From positions 1-64,000 of the forward strand of contig JAUSFL010000023.1 in NCBI GenBank assembly GCA_030649735.1: a stretch of 64,000 nt of DNA, read 5' to 3'. The notes under the pieces are model-generated. The model was not told where the DNA came from and did no database searches. It was given only the letters and a program-made list of their open reading frames with translations. The DNA is from Candidatus Iainarchaeum sp. (GTDB lineage: Archaea; Iainarchaeota; Iainarchaeia; Iainarchaeales; UBA10191). The position numbers were made by a program, and so were the translations under genes. Shown here one piece after another: positions 27,422-37,079 of the stretch. The first letter of the stretch is position 1; each line of letters starts with the position of its first letter.

Positions 27422-28174
27422 ATGTTTGTAATTATGGCTGCAGCTTCAAAAAAGCAGGAATTGGCCGGCGCCTCTTTAGATTCCGTAAAGCGAATTCAAA
27501 CAGGAATTCAAGGCTTTGATGAATTGGTTGAGGGTGGAATTCCCGCAAACTCATTGGTTGTCTTGACTGGCTCTTGCGGCACTGGAAAAAGCACTTTTGC
27601 AATGAATTTTCTGGTGCAGGGCGCGTTGAATGGCGAGCCAGGATTGTACATTAGCCTGGAAGAGAATGTTGACGACAACATTCAAGAAATGACTTTGTTT
27701 GGCTGGCCAATCAAGAAATTGATTGAAGAAAAAAAGCTTGCCATAACACAGCCTGAACTGTATGATTTTGACAAGCTTGTAACCCACATTGAGGATTTTG
27801 TCTCAAAATTGAAGGCAAAGCGGATCGTAATTGACTCTTCCTCATTGATTGGCTTGTATTTTAAGGACGCTTTCAAGGTAAGAAAGGCAATGGTTGACCT
27901 TGAGACAATGCTCAAGCGATTGAATTGCACTGCGATGGTGATTAATGAAGTCAAGGAAGGCGATGCCGGGCTTTCAACTTACGGCGTTGAAGAATTCATT
28001 GCCGACGGCGTCATTGTATTGTACTGCCAGAAGAAGGAAAACCTGTACACTAGGGCAATAAACATCAGGAAAATGCGTTCCACAAACCATTCAATGAAAA
28101 TCCACCCAATCCACATTAAAAGGCCCGGGGGCATTACGGTTTTTGCTTCTGAGGAAGTTTTCACTGAATTTTAG
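27422..28174 (+). CDS. Single-domain KaiC/RecA-family ATPase
   Basis: TGIQGFDELVEGGIP, GSCGTGKS, SLEE, IVIDS, EEFIADGVI, RKMRST. Confidence 0.92.
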   Translation: MFVIMAAASKKQELAGASLDSVKRIQTGIQGFDELVEGGIPANSLVVLTGSCGTGKSTFAMNFLVQGALNGEPGLYISLEENVDDNIQEMTLFGWPIKKLIEEKKLAITQPELYDFDKLVTHIEDFVSKLKAKRIVIDSSSLIGLYFKDAFKVRKAMVDLETMLKRLNCTAMVINEVKEGDAGLSTYGVEEFIADGVIVLYCQKKENLYTRAINIRKMRSTNHSMKIHPIHIKRPGGITVFASEEVFTEF

Positions 28175-28220
28175 AATTGGTTTTTATACTTGTTTTTTTC
28201 TAAGTCTTAGTTGATAATGA

Positions 28221-28925
28221 ATGGTTACAATGGAATTTGAGAGGACAAAGTCCGGAATTCCCGGCTTTGATGAATTATTGTATGGGGGCATTCCGAAAGG
28301 AAACCTTGTAGTGCTTTCAGGAGACCCCGGCTCTGGAAAGACTGTTTTTTGCTTCATGTTTTTGTATGAGGGCGTTTTGCGCTTTGACGAGCCCGGAATT
28401 TACGTCAGCCTGGAAGAAAGCGCTGACGATCTTTTGAGCAATTCATTGGAGTTTGGAATGGACCTGGCCCCGTTGATCAAGGCAAACAAGCTGAAAATAA
28501 TAACAATCGAGCTTTATGACTTTGACAAGCTGAAAAGCTCGATTGAGGATGCCGTGCAAAGCATTGGCGCAAAGCGCGTTGTCGTTGATCCAGGCGTTGT
28601 TTTCAGGCTTTTCTTTGAGAAAGAGCTTGACGCCAGAAAGCGCATTCTTTCGCTTGGAAAAATGCTCAAGCATTTGGGCTGCACCAGCGTCGTGACAAAC
28701 GAGCTTTCGCTGGATGATAGCAAGAGCCTTTTTGGATTGGAAGAGTATGTTGCTGACGGCGTGGTTTTAATGTATCACACCAAGTCCCAAAATCGCTTCA
28801 TTCGAAGCATTGCCGTAGTGAAAATGCGCGGCACAAAGATTTCGGAAAACCTGCATCCTTTGCAGATTGCAAAGAATGGATTGAAGGTTTTGTCAACGCA
28901 GGAATTGTTTGAGGATGTTGAGTAA
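28221..28925 (+). CDS. Single-domain KaiC/RecA-family ATPase
   Basis: SGIPGFDELLYGGIP, GDPGSGKT, SLEE, EEYVADGVV, KMRGT. Confidence 0.92.
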   Translation: MVTMEFERTKSGIPGFDELLYGGIPKGNLVVLSGDPGSGKTVFCFMFLYEGVLRFDEPGIYVSLEESADDLLSNSLEFGMDLAPLIKANKLKIITIELYDFDKLKSSIEDAVQSIGAKRVVVDPGVVFRLFFEKELDARKRILSLGKMLKHLGCTSVVTNELSLDDSKSLFGLEEYVADGVVLMYHTKSQNRFIRSIAVVKMRGTKISENLHPLQIAKNGLKVLSTQELFEDVE

Positions 28926-28926
28926 G

Positions 28927-29538
28927 ATGCCTTTAAAGCCTTCTGGTTTTTCTGATTTTGACTTTGAGCAATTGCTTAGCCCGAACCGCGCGATAAACTC
29001 AAAGATTTCCTTGGCTTTGGATGGCATTCCCAATGATTTTGTGGTTTTGTTCATTGTTGACTTGAAGAATTATGCGGGAACTGTTGTTGAATTATTGCGT
29101 GTGCTTCAATTGGAAAATAATACTGGGGTTTACTTGACAATAAACAAGCCGGTTGAGGATTTAATCCGCACTTTCAAAGCCCAAAGGCTTGACACTGAAA
29201 AGATTTTTTTCATTGACGCAATAAGCGCTCTTTCTGAAAGGAAGACTTTGGAGTCCCAAAACATTATTTTGCTTGACAGTCCCACGGACTTGATTGAAAT
29301 AAACAATATTGTTTCGAAAAAAATCGCGTTGGAAGAGAGCAAGTTTGTTGTTTTTGACTCATTGAGCACTTTGCTTTTGTACAATAAGCCAATGGCTGTT
29401 GAGAAATTCCTGCATGTTTTGGTCGGCAAAATGCGCGGCTCCAGGGTCAAGGGCTTTTTGATTACTGTAAAAAGCTCTGAGCATGCCGGATTGATTGAAA
29501 CAATCAGCCAGTTTGTCGACAAGATTGTTGAAATTTAA
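28927..29538 (+). CDS. Degenerate KaiC-like (P-loop-less) ATPase-fold protein
   Basis: GVYLTINKP, FFIDAIS, VVFDSLSTLLLYN, FVDKIVEI; no Walker A. Confidence 0.75.
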   Translation: MPLKPSGFSDFDFEQLLSPNRAINSKISLALDGIPNDFVVLFIVDLKNYAGTVVELLRVLQLENNTGVYLTINKPVEDLIRTFKAQRLDTEKIFFIDAISALSERKTLESQNIILLDSPTDLIEINNIVSKKIALEESKFVVFDSLSTLLLYNKPMAVEKFLHVLVGKMRGSRVKGFLITVKSSEHAGLIETISQFVDKIVEI

Positions 29539-30845
29539 GGCTGGCTTTTCACTTCAATTTCCTGCCCCAGGATTTCTTTGGCTTTTTCCTGCAGTTTGAT
29601 GATTTCTTCCCTTATTTTCATTTTTTGAGTTTCCTTGATTGTCTTTACTGCCGAAAGTTCGTTGGTTTTTTGGACGGCTTCCCTTTCAATGCTTTCTTCC
29701 CTTGCTTTAAGGCCGTTTATTTGCCTGAACAGCGTGCTTTTTTCCAATGCTTCGTGGACTTTGGGCAATTCCTTGTCTATTTCATTAAGCCGCCAGAAAA
29801 AAGTGCTGAAGAAATCGAAATTTTTCAATTCTTCAATTGCCTGGATTTTCCTGTTTTTTTCTTTCTCGTCCTTGAATGAGATTTTCCCTTTATTTATCGC
29901 GTTTTCCATTTCTTGCAGGCATTGCTTTAGGATTTCTCCCTTTGGGTCCTGCCTTAATGCGTTAAAGCTGTCTTCCAAGTATGATGAAAGCATTCTTTCC
30001 TGCTCTTTTTCCAGAATCCATTCCTTGTTTGACGACAGGGTTTGCATTTTTCTCAGTTGCTTTTCCAAAGGCATAAGTAAATTTGCGGCTTTTTCCCGAA
30101 GGTCTTTTTTTTCGCCCAGCAGTTTTTCTTTTGATTTCTCGTTTTTTTCAAATTCCTGGAATGCTTCGCCATTTTTCAGCCCGTCCGCGTCTTTCAAAAC
30201 CCCGCTTTTTTCAGCGTCAAGCTCCTGGATTTCTTTTTCCCTGTCCTTGATTTCATTCTCTTTTTCCGCAACTTGCCTTTCTTTTCCTCGAATGCCGCCA
30301 ATTATTTCCAGGACTCTTTGCATTTGCGCTGTTTTGGAGCTTTTTGAAAGCTCGAATAATTCAATCAATTGCTTTTCCAATTCTTCAATTGTTTTTCCAA
30401 GCTCGTTCATTTCTTTTTTCGCCAAAAGCCCGGTGTACGCGATGTTTTTCCTGAAGGACATTATGTCTTGCTGGAATTCCCTCGCGGAATTTTGGCAGTA
30501 CGCAAAGTTTTGCTCAAACGATTTTCTTTCAGGCGGCCTTGTTTTTTCCAGAAGAGTCTGCATTTTTCCTGAAAAGCTTTCCTTGCTTGACTGGACGATT
30601 TTCCTGAAGTATTTGTTTTCGCCTTCCTGCTCAAAATCCAGGCCTTCAATGTTTTTTGTGCTGTCTTCAGCCGAGTGGATTGTTTCCTTTATTTTTGCGA
30701 ATTTTGAAAGGCATTCCTTGCCGAATTCTTTCTTTTCCTGCTCGAAGATTTTTTCAACTTCGGCCTTTAGCTCTTCAACGCCAATGGCTCTCTTGCCTTC
30801 TGGCATTTGCTCTTTCTTTCCGAAAATCTTGTCCAAAAAACCCAT
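29535..30845 (-). CDS. Long coiled-coil protein with N-terminal amphipathic helix
   Basis: MGFLDKIFGKK start at ATG 30845; E/K-rich heptads throughout. Confidence 0.75.
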   Translation of the reverse strand: MGFLDKIFGKKEQMPEGKRAIGVEELKAEVEKIFEQEKKEFGKECLSKFAKIKETIHSAEDSTKNIEGLDFEQEGENKYFRKIVQSSKESFSGKMQTLLEKTRPPERKSFEQNFAYCQNSAREFQQDIMSFRKNIAYTGLLAKKEMNELGKTIEELEKQLIELFELSKSSKTAQMQRVLEIIGGIRGKERQVAEKENEIKDREKEIQELDAEKSGVLKDADGLKNGEAFQEFEKNEKSKEKLLGEKKDLREKAANLLMPLEKQLRKMQTLSSNKEWILEKEQERMLSSYLEDSFNALRQDPKGEILKQCLQEMENAINKGKISFKDEKEKNRKIQAIEELKNFDFFSTFFWRLNEIDKELPKVHEALEKSTLFRQINGLKAREESIEREAVQKTNELSAVKTIKETQKMKIREEIIKLQEKAKEILGQEIEVKSQP

Positions 30846-30904
30846 AACGACTGGAATTATGGCTTGAAACTTCTTTAAAACCAATTCTTTCAAAACATTG
30901 TATT

Positions 30905-31789
30905 ATGGCTCCAAGCGTTAGATTGTCACCTTCTGGAATTTCCGCATTCACGCAATGCCCGCGAAAATTCTATTTTCGCCATATTGAAAGGCTTCCTGAA
31001 CCGGCGTCTGTCTTTCAGGTCCGCGGCAAAATAATCCACAAGGTTTTTGAGCTTTTTTTCCAGACAATTGACATTTCAAAAATCGACCAGAAAAAGCACT
31101 GGCATGGCATTTGGGATGATTTTCGGGCAGTTTGCTTTGCATTGCTGGATGAGGAATGGTCAAAGATTGGAAAGCCTGGCGCGGGCTATGATGATATTTT
31201 TGAAAGCGCCGAACAGAAAAAAGGGCTTTTTGAAGAAACGCGGGAGTTTTTGGATTTTTTTTCCGCAAAAATGGCCTATTCGTTCTATAATAAATTGCAC
31301 GAGCTTGAAAAGGACGAGTGGTTTGACGCGAATTTGAAAAAGCACTTTTACCCTAAAGGCCGCGAGTTCAAAATAGAGCTTGTTGAAGAAAACATCATTG
31401 GCTTCATTGACAAGACATTGAATCTTTATGGTGATGGGGTCGCGATTGTCGATTACAAGACTTCAAAATCTTCATTGCCGCATTTCATTTCAGAAGCCGA
31501 CTTGAAGCAGTGCAAGGTTTATGCCTGGCTTTGGAACAAAAAATTCAATGAAATTCCCCGCTTTGTCTCGATTTTTTACGTGAGGGACGGCGAGAGCGTT
31601 TATTACCCGATTTCTGAAAAAGACCTTAAGGAAGTCGATGATTCTATTGAGGAAATTCGCTCTAAAGGCCGTGAGATTTCAAACTTTCGCAAAAAGCCTT
31701 CAAGGCTTTGCGAGTACTGCGCTTTTTTTCCAAAATGCTTTGAAAACAAGGAAGAGTTTGAAGCAGTTCTGCAAAAACTCAAAAATTGA
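30905..31789 (+). CDS. PD-(D/E)xK nuclease, Cas4/AddB-like Fe-S type
   Basis: LSPSGISAFTQCPRKFYF, GFIDK, IVDYKT, QxxxY, CEYCAFFPKC. Confidence 0.88.
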   Translation: MAPSVRLSPSGISAFTQCPRKFYFRHIERLPEPASVFQVRGKIIHKVFELFFQTIDISKIDQKKHWHGIWDDFRAVCFALLDEEWSKIGKPGAGYDDIFESAEQKKGLFEETREFLDFFSAKMAYSFYNKLHELEKDEWFDANLKKHFYPKGREFKIELVEENIIGFIDKTLNLYGDGVAIVDYKTSKSSLPHFISEADLKQCKVYAWLWNKKFNEIPRFVSIFYVRDGESVYYPISEKDLKEVDDSIEEIRSKGREISNFRKKPSRLCEYCAFFPKCFENKEEFEAVLQKLKN

Positions 31790-31894
31790 ATTGTTGATTG
31801 CCTTAAACCAAAAACAACCTTTACGCTAATTGTCTTAAATGAGTTGGCTTTTTGACGTAATGTTTTTATTCTGCCTGTTTCATAAGGACTTTAG

Positions 31895-33292
31895 GTGAGT
31901 CTTTCTTTGTCCAATGGAACCAATGGAAACAGCCATAACAGCAACGGCAATAACGAACGCGTCCAAATCCCGCAATTAGATGCAAGAAAGCGCGTGCACA
32001 ATTTCAAGGAAGTAGAGCTTGGATTCTCTAAAGAGCAGGCATTAAAGGAAGCCTCGCGCTGCCTGCAATGCGCAGAGCCTTCCTGCATTCAAGGCTGTCC
32101 TGCAAAAATCCAAATCAGGGACTTCATCAAGGCATTGCTTGAAGGCAGCAATGGCGAAGCAATTGAAATCATTGAGCAATCCAATTATTTTCCTAAAATC
32201 TGCGGCAGAATTTGCCAGCAAGAATTCCAATGCGAAGGAAATTGCATTCTTGCAAAATCAGGCAAGGCAATAAACATTGGCGGCCTGGAAAGATTTGTCG
32301 GAGACACTCATTCAACAAGCCTGAAGCCAATCAAGGCCAATGGCCAAAAAGTCGCGGTTGTCGGAAGCGGGCCTTCAGGCCTTACAGTCGCAATCCAATT
32401 GAGCCAGCTCGGCTATGACACCACAGTTTTTGACTCAAGCAAGACAATTGGCGGAGTGATAAAGTATGGAGTGCCCGAATTCAGGCTTCCGAAAAAAATC
32501 GTTGAAAGCGAATTGCGCAAAATAAAAAAGCTTGGAGTGAAATTTTCAAGAAAGCAGTTCATTGGCTCAGAACAGTCAGTCATTGACTTACTGCACGATG
32601 GGTTTGACGCTGTCTTTGTCGGAACTGGAGTCGGAGAGGCAAAAATGCTTGAAATGCCAGGCAAGCAATTGACTGGAATAATTCCCGCAGTCAATTTTTT
32701 GATTGCAAAAAACTTGCATGAAAAAAACATGATTGAAAAAGGCGACAAGGTATTGGTAATTGGAGCAGGCTTTGTTGGAATGGACGCGGCAAGGACTGCA
32801 ATGCGCTTAGGCGCAAAAGAAGTCACTGTTGCCGCGTTTGAAAGCCCGAAAAAAATGACTTTAGGAATCAAGGAAATCAAGGAAGCGCAGGATGAAGGAA
32901 TTTCATTCAAGTACTTGCTTCGCGCTGAAGAATTCTTGGGCGAAGGAATCATTGAGGCAGTAAAGCTAAGAAAGCTCCGCGAGCTTGAAGACGGAACAGT
33001 GATTGACACTGACGATTTCGAAACAATTAAATCAAGCAAAGTGCTCATAGCAATTGGCTTAAGGCCAAGCATTGACGACAAGGTAAAGCAGCCTTTAAGG
33101 ACTGAAGGCGGTAAAATCAATGTTGACGAAAACAACATGACCTCAATTGAAGGGATTTTTGCGGCAGGCGACGCAGTCACTGGCCCAAAAACAGTAATTG
33201 CCGCAATTGCAGCAGCAAAAAAAGCCGCTCTTTCAATGCACACTTTTTTGCAAAAGAAAGATTTGGAAAAAAAAGGTGGAAAAAATGCCTAA
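31895..33292 (+). CDS. NAD(P)H-dependent Fe-S flavoprotein, GltD/SudA (NfnB)-like
   Basis: EASRCLQC...CIQGCP, ICGRICQQE.QCEGNC, GSGPSG, YGVPEFRLPK, FAAGDAVTGP. Confidence 0.9.
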   Translation: MSLSLSNGTNGNSHNSNGNNERVQIPQLDARKRVHNFKEVELGFSKEQALKEASRCLQCAEPSCIQGCPAKIQIRDFIKALLEGSNGEAIEIIEQSNYFPKICGRICQQEFQCEGNCILAKSGKAINIGGLERFVGDTHSTSLKPIKANGQKVAVVGSGPSGLTVAIQLSQLGYDTTVFDSSKTIGGVIKYGVPEFRLPKKIVESELRKIKKLGVKFSRKQFIGSEQSVIDLLHDGFDAVFVGTGVGEAKMLEMPGKQLTGIIPAVNFLIAKNLHEKNMIEKGDKVLVIGAGFVGMDAARTAMRLGAKEVTVAAFESPKKMTLGIKEIKEAQDEGISFKYLLRAEEFLGEGIIEAVKLRKLRELEDGTVIDTDDFETIKSSKVLIAIGLRPSIDDKVKQPLRTEGGKINVDENNMTSIEGIFAAGDAVTGPKTVIAAIAAAKKAALSMHTFLQKKDLEKKGGKNA

Positions 33293-34568
33293 GACTTCCG
33301 CACTTCAAGAATTTTACAAGAAAACATTGGATGAGCGTTTGCAAATCCTCAAGGAAACAACTGGGCTTTCAGACGAAGACCTTGCACAGCTCAAAAAGTA
33401 TTCTGCGCTTGATTTCGAAACAGCAAATCGCATGATAGAAAATGTAATTGGAACTTTCGCGCTTCCTTTTGGCATTGCAACAAACTTCATAATCAATGGC
33501 CGCGAGCTTTTGATTCCAATGGCAATTGAAGAGCCAAGCGTTATTGCCGCAGCCTCCAATGCCGCAAAGCTCTCGCGCTCTACCGGCGGCTTCAAAGCAA
33601 AAGCTTCAGATCCAATAATGATTGGTCAAATTCTCTTGGTCAATGCAAAAAACCCTGAAAAGGCAATCAAGGAATTAATGATCAACAAGCAAAAGCTCAT
33701 TGAGTTTGCAAACTCTAAAGACCCAGTGCTTTGCAAAATCACTGGCGGAGCAAAAGACTTACAAGTCCGCAAACTGCACAAAATGCTAGTGGTTCACTTG
33801 CTTGTGAATTGCGGCGACGCAATGGGAGCAAACGCAGTCAACACAATGCTTGAAGGAATTGCGCCAAAAATTGAGGAATTGACTGGCGCAATAGCGCGCG
33901 CTAAAATACTCTCCAACCTTGCAGTCCACAGGACAGTGCATGCAGAATGCATTTGGAGCAAAAAAGAGCTTGAAGAAAGCACCAAAGGGCAAGTGAAAGG
34001 AGAAGACGTTGTTGAAGCAATCCTTCAAATGTTTGACTTTGCAGAGCAAGACCCTTTCCGCGCAACAACTCACAATAAGGGAATAATGAACGGCATTGAC
34101 GCAGTAGTCCTTGCAACTGGAAATGACTGGCGCGCAATAGAAGCCGGAGCGCATTCTTTCGCTTCTTTCGGAAAGCACCAATATTCTTCCCTTACAAAAT
34201 ACTCCAAAACAAAAGAAGGAGACTTGCAGGGAGAAATAAACATTCCAATGGCAGTAGGCCTTGTCGGCGGCGCAACAAAAACCCACCCGATCGCAAAAAT
34301 TTCTTTGAAAATCCTTGACGTGCAAACAGCAAGCGAGCTTGCAGAAATCATTGCCTCTGTTGGCCTGGCGCAAAACTTTGCAGCAATCCGCGCCCTGGCA
34401 ACCGAAGGAATACAGGCAGGCCACATGAAACTTCATGCAAAAAACGTTGCAGTAAACGCCGGGGCTTCCAAGGAAATGGTTGACAAGATTGCAGAGCAAA
34501 TGATTGCTGAAAAAAGCGTTAACGCGCAGCGCGCGCAAGAATTGCTGAAACAATACCAAAACAAATAA
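33285..34568 (+). CDS. mvaA: HMG-CoA reductase, class II
   Basis: MIENVIG, PMAIEEPSVIAAAS, DAMGANAVN, THNKGIMNG, GNDWRAIEAGAH, GIQAGHMKLH. Confidence 0.95.
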   Translation: MPKTSALQEFYKKTLDERLQILKETTGLSDEDLAQLKKYSALDFETANRMIENVIGTFALPFGIATNFIINGRELLIPMAIEEPSVIAAASNAAKLSRSTGGFKAKASDPIMIGQILLVNAKNPEKAIKELMINKQKLIEFANSKDPVLCKITGGAKDLQVRKLHKMLVVHLLVNCGDAMGANAVNTMLEGIAPKIEELTGAIARAKILSNLAVHRTVHAECIWSKKELEESTKGQVKGEDVVEAILQMFDFAEQDPFRATTHNKGIMNGIDAVVLATGNDWRAIEAGAHSFASFGKHQYSSLTKYSKTKEGDLQGEINIPMAVGLVGGATKTHPIAKISLKILDVQTASELAEIIASVGLAQNFAAIRALATEGIQAGHMKLHAKNVAVNAGASKEMVDKIAEQMIAEKSVNAQRAQELLKQYQNK

Positions 34569-34609
34569 TAAGAATCTTTGAGTAAGTTTTAGGAAAATTG
34601 GTGAAATAA

Positions 34610-35656
34610 TTGGAAAAAATAGGAATTGTCGGTTACGGAGCATACATTCCAAAATTCAGGATCAAGGCAGAAGCCATTGCTGAAGTTTGGGGCGAAAACG
34701 CCGATAAAATCAAGGCAGGCCTTGGGCTTACGGAAAAGTCATTGCCTGCAAAAGACGAAGACACTACAACAATCAGCGTTCAAGCAGCACGCAATGCGCT
34801 GCTCCGTGCTGGAATTGTTGGAAAAAAAATTGGCGCATTATACATTGGCTCTGAATCACACCCTTACGCTGTAAAGCCGACTGCTGCAACAGTCGCTGAC
34901 GCAATTCAGGCCGGCTTTGACACAATGGCTGCAGACACTGAATTTGCCTGCAAGGCTGGAAGCGCCGCAATTCAAATGGTTGCTGGCTTAGTAAAGAGTG
35001 AAATGATAGAGTATGGAATGGCAATTGGCTCTGACACTTCACAATCATCCCAAGGAAATGCATTGGAATATTCAGCAGCTTCTGGTGGCGCAGCATTTAT
35101 TTTAGGCCGCGAAAAAAAAGAGATTATTGCAGAATTGGAAAAAACTCTTTCTTTCACTAGTGACACTCCGGACTTTTGGCGCAGAGGTTTGCAGGAAACT
35201 CCAGAGCATGCTGGAAGATTTACTGGAGAACCTGCTTACATGAAGCATGTTTTGGGGGCAACTCAAATGATTCTTTCAGAAACAAACTCAAAGCCGTCAG
35301 ACTTTGACTATGCAGTATTCCACATGCCTAATGGAAAGTTTCCATTACAGGCTGCAAAAAAGCTTGGATTTTCAACAGAGCAAGTAAAGCCTGGATTGGT
35401 TGTTTCAAAAATTGGCAATACTTATTCTGGCTCTTCGCTTTTAGGACTCTCTAGTGTTTTGGACATTGCAAAAGCAGGCCAGAAAATTCTTGTTACAAGT
35501 TATGGTTCTGGCTCTGGAAGCGATTCTTTCATTTTCAAGACAACAAAGCGTTTGGAAGAAGTGCAAGACAAGGCAAAAAAAACAGAAGATTACGTTGCCC
35601 GAAAAGAATATGTTGGATATTCAAAATACAGGCAGCACATGGCAATGGTAGTGTGA
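34610..35656 (+). CDS. HMG-CoA synthase (archaeal type)
   Basis: GSESHPYAVKP, EFACKAG, DTPDFWRR, FHMPNGKFP, IGNTYSG, SYGSG. Confidence 0.95.
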   Translation: MEKIGIVGYGAYIPKFRIKAEAIAEVWGENADKIKAGLGLTEKSLPAKDEDTTTISVQAARNALLRAGIVGKKIGALYIGSESHPYAVKPTAATVADAIQAGFDTMAADTEFACKAGSAAIQMVAGLVKSEMIEYGMAIGSDTSQSSQGNALEYSAASGGAAFILGREKKEIIAELEKTLSFTSDTPDFWRRGLQETPEHAGRFTGEPAYMKHVLGATQMILSETNSKPSDFDYAVFHMPNGKFPLQAAKKLGFSTEQVKPGLVVSKIGNTYSGSSLLGLSSVLDIAKAGQKILVTSYGSGSGSDSFIFKTTKRLEEVQDKAKKTEDYVARKEYVGYSKYRQHMAMVV

Positions 35657-35931
35657 AATTTATGGATAAGAAGAAAATTATTGTTTTTTTGGCTTTGACA
35701 ATTTTGATTCTTATACTCTTTGAAATTATATTTTCGGTTTCAAATTATAGCTTAGTTTCAGGATTTAGTTCACAAAGGGGTTTTCCATTTCCTTACTACG
35801 CAGAATTACCTTGCTCTTCGAGGGAAGATTCCTTAATGTGCAGAGAATATGCATTTCTAGTTGTGGATATTGCAATTGCCGCGATTATTTCTGCTGGCGT
35901 GACTTTTTTAATTATGAGGCATTCTAAATGA
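35653..35931 (+). CDS. Small two-TM membrane protein inserted in the MVA operon
   Basis: Two TMs, RGFPFPYY loop with a Cys pair; 4-bp overlaps with both neighbours. Confidence 0.65.
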   Translation: MKFMDKKKIIVFLALTILILILFEIIFSVSNYSLVSGFSSQRGFPFPYYAELPCSSREDSLMCREYAFLVVDIAIAAIISAGVTFLIMRHSK

Positions 35932-37079
35932 AAATTGGAGTCATTGGAACTGGTTTGACAAAGTTTGGCGAAATTTGGGACAAGTCGCTCCGTGACCTTT
36001 TGGCAGAAGCGCAGCTAAAGTCTTTGGAAGAGGCAGGAATTTCTCCAAAAGACATTGAAATGATTTTTACAGGCAACATGTGCGCTGGCGCTTTAAGCGG
36101 TCAATTGCACATTGGCGCAATGGCTGCAGAAAACCTGCGATTAAATGTTCCGTCAACTCGAGTTGAAGGCGCTTGCGCTTCTGGAGCATTGGCAATAAGG
36201 GCAGGAATTGCTGCAATCGAATCTGGAGCCGCAAAAATAGTTCAAGTGAATGGCGTTGAAAAAATGACTGATGTTTCAACAGAGCAAGTGACCACTGCCT
36301 TGATGGGCGCTGGAGACGAGGAAGTTGAAGGATTTCAAGGAGCGACTTTTCCTGCACTTTACGCTTTAATGGCGCGCGCTTACATGCAAGAGTTTGGCTT
36401 GACTCGCGAAGAGCTTGCTGCAGTTCCTGTGAAAAGCCACAAGCACGGTTCAATGAATCCAATAGCCCAGTACCAGAAAGAGCTTTCAATTGATGACGTG
36501 ATTAATGCCTCAATGGTTTCAGACCCGCTCACGCTAATGGATTGCTCCCCAATAACTGACGGTGCTTCTTCAATAATCCTTGCCACTGAAAGCATTGCAA
36601 AAAAATTGAACAATGATGCTGTCTGGGTTGTGGGAAGCGGACAGGCTTCTGACACTCTTGCTCTTTCAAACCGCGACTCGCTCAGCGAGATTAAGGCAAC
36701 GCGTTTTGCTGCAGAGCATGCTTTCAAGCAGGCTGGAATTACTGCAAGGGATGTTCACTTGGCTGAAGTGCATGATTGCTTTTCAATTGCAGAGCTTTTG
36801 GCAATTGAAGGATTGGGATTGGCAAAGAAGGGAGAGGCTGGAAAGCACGCTGCAGCAGGCCATCATTACTTTGATTCTAAAATGCCAATCAACACTTGCG
36901 GCGGCTTAAAGTCTTGCGGCCATCCAATTGGAGCGACTGGAGTAAAGCAGGCTGTTGAAATAGTGCATCAATTGCAGAATCGCGCTGGAAAACGCCAAGT
37001 GAAAAAGGCAGAAGTTGGAGTTGCACAAAACGTTGGAGGCACAGGCGCTACTGTAGTAGTGAATGTGTTCAAAAGGTGA
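35928..37079 (+). CDS. Acetoacetyl-CoA thiolase (archaeal SCP2-type)
   Basis: VEGACASG, GVEKMTD, DCSPITDGA, AEVHDCF, GGLKSCGHPIGATG. Confidence 0.95.
   Translation: MKIGVIGTGLTKFGEIWDKSLRDLLAEAQLKSLEEAGISPKDIEMIFTGNMCAGALSGQLHIGAMAAENLRLNVPSTRVEGACASGALAIRAGIAAIESGAAKIVQVNGVEKMTDVSTEQVTTALMGAGDEEVEGFQGATFPALYALMARAYMQEFGLTREELAAVPVKSHKHGSMNPIAQYQKELSIDDVINASMVSDPLTLMDCSPITDGASSIILATESIAKKLNNDAVWVVGSGQASDTLALSNRDSLSEIKATRFAAEHAFKQAGITARDVHLAEVHDCFSIAELLAIEGLGLAKKGEAGKHAAAGHHYFDSKMPINTCGGLKSCGHPIGATGVKQAVEIVHQLQNRAGKRQVKKAEVGVAQNVGGTGATVVVNVFKR

Noticed and set aside
27422-28925. Circadian KaiABC clock
   Set aside because: The proteins are single-domain, with no kaiA/kaiB and no CII phosphosites.
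29635-30867. 410-aa plus-strand ORF and many other antisense ORFs rich in F/S/L
   Set aside because: These are shadow frames of K/E-rich genes on the opposite strand and have no motifs.
31895-33292. Glutamate synthase
   Set aside because: Only the small-subunit-like protein is present; there is no large subunit in the window.
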